Program-made: the position numbers and the translations under genes
Assembly (NCBI GenBank): GCA_965368975.1
Contig: CBDUPA010000001.1
Span: forward strand, 512,001 to 576,000
Direction of reading: 5' to 3'
DNA from: an uncultured bacterium
GTDB lineage: Bacteria; Acidobacteriota; Thermoanaerobaculia; Multivoradales; JAHZIX01
DNA length: 64,000 nucleotides
The notes under the pieces: generated by a model
Database searches by the model: none
What the model saw: only the letters and a program-made list of their open reading frames with translations
Told to the model about the DNA's origin: nothing
Shown: one piece after another, positions 58,754 to 64,000 of the stretch
Numbering within the stretch: position 1 is the stretch's first letter
Layout of the letters: every line of letters begins with the position of its first letter

Positions 58754-59449
58754 TCAATCCATGACCAGCTCGATCGGGACTTCGTCTGCGGCGAACGGAC
58801 CGAAGACCTTCTGTAGCCCGGTCCACCAGGCACCGTCGGGATTCCCAGGCGCCGGGCGCTCCACGAGCACGTAGATCGGCGACGTCGTCTCGACGGGCAG
58901 CAGCCACTCCACTTCGCTGTCGAGCGGAAACGGCGGAAACTGCTTGGAGCCCAACGCCACCATTTCTCCTTGCGGCCCGGTGGGTGGTGGGCCGAAGCAG
59001 ATGACGGCTCGGACTGGGCCTGCGGGGCTGTTTGGTGCGGCCCGAATGACCATGCGATGCGGTCGCAGGTGATCTCGGAGGTCGATGCGCCCGAGGTCGA
59101 TGTGGCCCGCCGTGTCTGGCTGTGGGACGTTTGCAGCGGTGAGAGAGTGGATCTCAGCGCGCAGGCCGGTCACGACGGAGACGCGCACTACGCTTCCTTG
59201 AATCGCTGCTGTGAAGTGTCCGTGCTCGTCGACGGGCAGCCACCGCTCGCGCGCCTCGCCATCGACGTTCCGAAGCGCCAGCCAGACTTCGACGCCACGG
59301 CTACCGCTGCCGTCAGGCAGAAGCACTTGGCCGACCAGGTTCACGTGAGGGGCGACACTGCGCTGATCGCCAGCAGCGTCTCGAGGGCTCGCTCCGATGG
59401 TTCCCAGGAACATGAGCACGGCGGGAAGAGCTGCCGCGAATCGCTTCAT
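58754..59449 (-). CDS. Secreted hypothetical protein
   Basis: AAGGAG RBS, ATG 59449, signal peptide, G.V..PDG. Confidence 0.6.
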   Translation of the reverse strand: MKRFAAALPAVLMFLGTIGASPRDAAGDQRSVAPHVNLVGQVLLPDGSGSRGVEVWLALRNVDGEARERWLPVDEHGHFTAAIQGSVVRVSVVTGLRAEIHSLTAANVPQPDTAGHIDLGRIDLRDHLRPHRMVIRAAPNSPAGPVRAVICFGPPPTGPQGEMVALGSKQFPPFPLDSEVEWLLPVETTSPIYVLVERPAPGNPDGAWWTGLQKVFGPFAADEVPIELVMD

Positions 59450-59561
59450 GAGTGTCTCCTTGGTGCCTACTCGAAGCCAGAAGTATACCGGCTGACTTGC
59501 TGGCTCAGGACGAGGACCCCGGGCGCCTGGAGGGGAGCTGAAGTAGTAGAGTTGGACCACT

Positions 59562-59927
59562 ATGACCCAAGTTGAAACCGACGATCCTCTGATCCACTAC
59601 TGCCGCGGTTTGCCTGGCGCTACGGAAGACATCAAGTGGGACGACGATCTCGTCCTCTCCGTCGGGGGCAAGATGTTCGCGGTCTTCGACCTCAAGGGCA
59701 GCGACTGGCTGTGTTTCAAAGTCGACGCCCTGGTGTTCACCAGCCTGGTCGAGCAGGAAGGGATCCGGCCGGCGCCCTATCTGGCGCGTCATCACTGGGT
59801 ACAGGTGACGGATCGGGACGTGCTGACGCGGACCAACTTGGAAGACTTCTTCGTCGAGTCGCACCGCCTGGTGGCGTCGAAGTTGACGAAGAAGTTGCAG
59901 CGGCAGCTTGGGCTGCTACCTGGCTGA
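59562..59927 (+). CDS. MmcQ/YjbR family protein
   Basis: LPGATED.KW, VGGKMFA, PAPYLAR.HWV, S..LV..KLTKK. Confidence 0.9.
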   Translation: MTQVETDDPLIHYCRGLPGATEDIKWDDDLVLSVGGKMFAVFDLKGSDWLCFKVDALVFTSLVEQEGIRPAPYLARHHWVQVTDRDVLTRTNLEDFFVESHRLVASKLTKKLQRQLGLLPG

Positions 59928-59934
59928 ACCAGCG

Positions 59935-61515
59935 TCAGTACGACTTTGCCCAGACCACCCGCTTCGGACTCGGCTTGCCGGTGAACGGGCAGGTACCGGG
60001 TTCGTCGGCTTCGGGGTAGATGCCGTCGAGCGGGATGCAGCGCACGGTGACGGCGAGATCTTGCTTGATCTGTTCTTCCAGCTCGGGATCTTCACCGTAA
60101 TGAGTCAGCGCGAAGCCGCCGTGGATCGGGGGCGGTGCGTTGGGATCGTCGCGCTCGGCGGTGAAGAAGTCGTAGAAGTCGTCTTTGCTGTCGATCACGT
60201 GTGTGTTCTCATCGCGGTAGGCGCGAGCACGCTCGAGCATCGAGTCCTGAATCTCTTGCAGCATCGATCCTACGCCCGCGACGAACTCGGCACGCGGTAG
60301 GCTCTGCTTGCCTTTGGCACCCAGGTCGCGGCGGCCGACGAAGACGGCTTCGTTCTCGATGTCACGCGGTCCGACCTCGGCCCGTAGCGGAATGCCCTTC
60401 TTGACCCAGCCCCACGTCTTCTCGCCGCCGCCCAGGTCACGCTCGTCGACGATCACCTCGACGGGACGGCCATCGAAGCTCTGCGCCCGCAGTTCGGCAG
60501 CCAGACTGTGGCTGTACTCGAGCACCTGGGCTCGCGACTCTTCCTTGTGCAGCACGGGCAAGATCACCACGTGGGACGGCGCCACCTTGGGAGGCAGGAT
60601 CAAGCCGTCGTCGTCGCCGTGGGTCATCACCATGCCGCCGATCAGGCGCGTCGAGACGCCCCAGCTGGTGGTCCAGGCGTGCTGGTGTTCGCCGTCTTGG
60701 TTTAGGAACTGGATGTTGCTAGCGCGCGCGAAGTTCTGTCCCAGGAAGTGGCTGGTGCCGGCCTGCAGCGCCTTGCGGTCCTGCATCATGGCCTCGATGC
60801 AGTAGGTCTGGACGGCGCCGGGGAAGCGCTCGGCGGCGGTTTTCTCGCCGCGGATCACCGGCATGGCGAGGGTGGTCTCGGCGAAGTCGGCGTAGATGTC
60901 GAGAATGCGCAGCGTTTCTTCGATCGCGTCCGTGTCTGTCGCGTGGACGGTGTGACCTTCTTGCCACAGGAACTCGGCCGTGCGCAAGAACAAGCGCGTG
61001 CGCAGTTCCCAGCGCACCACGTTGGCCCACTGGTTGATCAGCAGCGGCAAGTCGCGGTAGCTCTGCACCCACCTGGCGAACGCTTCGCCGATGATCGTCT
61101 CTGAGGTCGGGCGCACGATCAGAGGCTCTTCCAACTCGCCGGTGGGGACCAGCTTGCCGTCCTGGGTGGCCTCCAAGCGGTGGTGCGTGACGACCGCGCA
61201 CTCTTTGGCGAAGCCCTCGACGTGGGCGGCTTCCTTTTCCAGGTAGGAGAGCGGGATGAACAGCGGGAAGTAAGCGTTCTGGTGACCGGTCGCCTTCAGG
61301 CGGCCGTCGAGATCGCGCTGCACATTCTCCCACGTACCGTAGCCCCATGGCTTGATCACCATGCAGCCGCGCACCGGTGAGTTCTCCGCCAGATCGGCGG
61401 CGCGGACCACTTGCTGGTACCACTCGGCGTAGTTCTCCTCGCGCGTGGGGGAGATCGCGGTTCTGGGTTTCTTACCCTGCTTCTGGCCTTGCTTCTGCTG
61501 TTGTTTGCTCATCAT
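59935..61515 (-). CDS. proS: Proline--tRNA ligase (archaeal/eukaryotic-like type)
   Basis: RPTSET, QWANVVRWE.R.R.FLRT.EF.WQEGHT, QAGTSH.LGQNF, SWGVSTR, C-terminal AKSY. Confidence 0.97.
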   Translation of the reverse strand: MMSKQQQKQGQKQGKKPRTAISPTREENYAEWYQQVVRAADLAENSPVRGCMVIKPWGYGTWENVQRDLDGRLKATGHQNAYFPLFIPLSYLEKEAAHVEGFAKECAVVTHHRLEATQDGKLVPTGELEEPLIVRPTSETIIGEAFARWVQSYRDLPLLINQWANVVRWELRTRLFLRTAEFLWQEGHTVHATDTDAIEETLRILDIYADFAETTLAMPVIRGEKTAAERFPGAVQTYCIEAMMQDRKALQAGTSHFLGQNFARASNIQFLNQDGEHQHAWTTSWGVSTRLIGGMVMTHGDDDGLILPPKVAPSHVVILPVLHKEESRAQVLEYSHSLAAELRAQSFDGRPVEVIVDERDLGGGEKTWGWVKKGIPLRAEVGPRDIENEAVFVGRRDLGAKGKQSLPRAEFVAGVGSMLQEIQDSMLERARAYRDENTHVIDSKDDFYDFFTAERDDPNAPPPIHGGFALTHYGEDPELEEQIKQDLAVTVRCIPLDGIYPEADEPGTCPFTGKPSPKRVVWAKSY

Positions 61516-61581
61516 GCCTCCGGGGCGGGAGGTATATCACAGATACCGGAAGTGCTGACGGGCAGGCCTTCTGATCAATTA

Positions 61582-61657
61582 TATGAGTCCGTATAACTAA
61601 GAAATGAGGGGGTCGGACTTGCAATTTCGGGGTGAAGTTGAGTACAATCATCTCAGA
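61582..61657 (+). promoter_or_regulatory. Sigma70-like promoter with two HAIR-like (HspR) inverted repeats
   Basis: TGAGT-N7-ACTAA (61584-61600); TTGAGT-N7-TCTCA (61638-61655); TTGCAA-N18-TACAAT (61619-61648). Confidence 0.55.
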
Positions 61658-61720
61658 TTTGGTGACCAGGTCTGCTGGTACACCTTCACCAACCCGGTAG
61701 GACGTGAGGAGGATTCTCAG

Positions 61721-62680
61721 GTGGAGTTCAAGGATTACTACGACATTCTCGGAGTCGACCGGAAGGCTTCCAAGGACGACATCCAGAAGTCCTACCGCAA
61801 GCTGGCCCGCAAGTTCCATCCGGACATCAACAAGGCGCCGGAGGCGGATTCCCAGTTCAAGGAGGTCAGCGAGGCCTATTCCGTGCTCAGTGATCCCGAG
61901 AAGCGAGCCAAGTACGATCGCTTCGGTTCCGCCTGGGAGCACGCCCAGACCACCGGCGGACCGCCCCCTGGCTTCGAGGGCTTCCACGTCGACTTCGGCG
62001 GAGGCGGTGGCGGAGGGGGCTTCGGCGGCTCGGGTTTCAGCTCGTTCTTCGAGAACTTGTTCGGTGGTCGTCAAGGCGGGCGAGATCCGTTCGGTGGCTT
62101 CGGCGGTGGCCGCGGAGCTTCGCGTGCCGGGCAGGACCACAACGCGACGCTGCGCCTGACGCTCGAAGAAGCGGCGCGCGGCGGCAAGAAGCAGTTGACG
62201 CTCACCGATCCGCTGACCCGCAAGCACCGCACGCTGACCGTCAGCATTCCCAAGGGCGTCCAGCCGGGGCAGAAGATACGTGTCGCGGGGCAGGGCGGAG
62301 ACGGTTTGGGTAGCGGTCCCAAGGGCAACCTGATGCTCGAGGTCGAGTTGCTGCCGAGTGAACGGTTCGAGCTCGACGGCAATGATCTCAAGACCCTGCT
62401 GCCGGTCACCCCGTGGGAAGCTGCCCTGGGCGGCGAGGCGCGGGTCCACACGCTCGACGGCAGCGTGACCGTGCGGGTGCCGCCCGGCTCGTCGTCCGGA
62501 CGCAAGATCCGGCTGCGCGGACGAGGTTTCCCGGCACGCTCCGGCACCGGCGACCTCTACGCTGAAATCCGCATCGTCATCCCCAGCTCGCTGTCCGAAC
62601 GCGAGCGCGAACTCTACGAGGAGCTGTCCCGGGTGTCCACCTTCGGTGCTCGCCGCGAGACGGTGTCCGAGGGGGCTTAG
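61721..62680 (+). CDS. cbpA: DnaJ-class co-chaperone without a zinc finger (CbpA-like)
   Basis: KDYY, HPD, G/F-rich linker, PWEAALG; GGAGG RBS. Confidence 0.88.
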   Translation: MEFKDYYDILGVDRKASKDDIQKSYRKLARKFHPDINKAPEADSQFKEVSEAYSVLSDPEKRAKYDRFGSAWEHAQTTGGPPPGFEGFHVDFGGGGGGGGFGGSGFSSFFENLFGGRQGGRDPFGGFGGGRGASRAGQDHNATLRLTLEEAARGGKKQLTLTDPLTRKHRTLTVSIPKGVQPGQKIRVAGQGGDGLGSGPKGNLMLEVELLPSERFELDGNDLKTLLPVTPWEAALGGEARVHTLDGSVTVRVPPGSSSGRKIRLRGRGFPARSGTGDLYAEIRIVIPSSLSERERELYEELSRVSTFGARRETVSEGA

Positions 62681-62808
62681 TCAACGCTCGTCGAGCCGCA
62701 GTCCCCTTCGCCCAATTAGAAAAGCGGGGTAGCTAGAACAGAGCTACATCACTCCAGCCGTAGACGGTCCCGCCGGCTACGCGGTCAGACCTCAGAAGGA
62801 GAACTGAA

Positions 62809-64000
<1,192 letters not shown>

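Noticed and set aside
59935-61515. Archaeal/eukaryotic-type ProRS as a sign of recent horizontal transfer
   Set aside because: This type is widespread in bacteria, and composition looks like the host's

Overview
GC-rich bacterial window. The duplicated (ADOP-like) ABC permease, VPS10/BNR glycosyl hydrolase and several ECF sigma/Ser-Thr kinase modules suggest Acidobacteriota (inference only). It is mostly an accessory region ending in housekeeping genes (fabG-like SDR, proS, cbpA/dnaJ-like, partial clpB). Highlights: (1) a two-gene TIR + stand-alone SLOG module (Thoeris-like candidate defence system with no recognisable effector); (2) an AhpD/CMD-family gene split by an in-frame UGA in a CxxU motif, followed by a SECIS-like hairpin (probable selenoprotein that the ORF track splits in two); (3) a Cys/Thr-rich lanthipeptide-type precursor next to a LanC cyclase with no dehydratase in the window; (4) an MbnP-MbnH pair whose MbnH carries an N-terminal His-rich membrane domain; (5) an orphan contractile-injection-type sheath gene; (6) three intact ECF/kinase modules plus one collapsed one, with a shared TGTAAC-N15-GCATA motif upstream of two genes; (7) an RHH-MazF toxin-antitoxin pair with a perfect operator palindrome; (8) several gene remnants and flanking direct repeats that indicate gene turnover; (9) HAIR-like operators over the cbpA-clpB promoter. 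No rRNA, tRNA, CRISPR array, transposase or integrase was recognised. All family calls come from motif recognition, not database searches.
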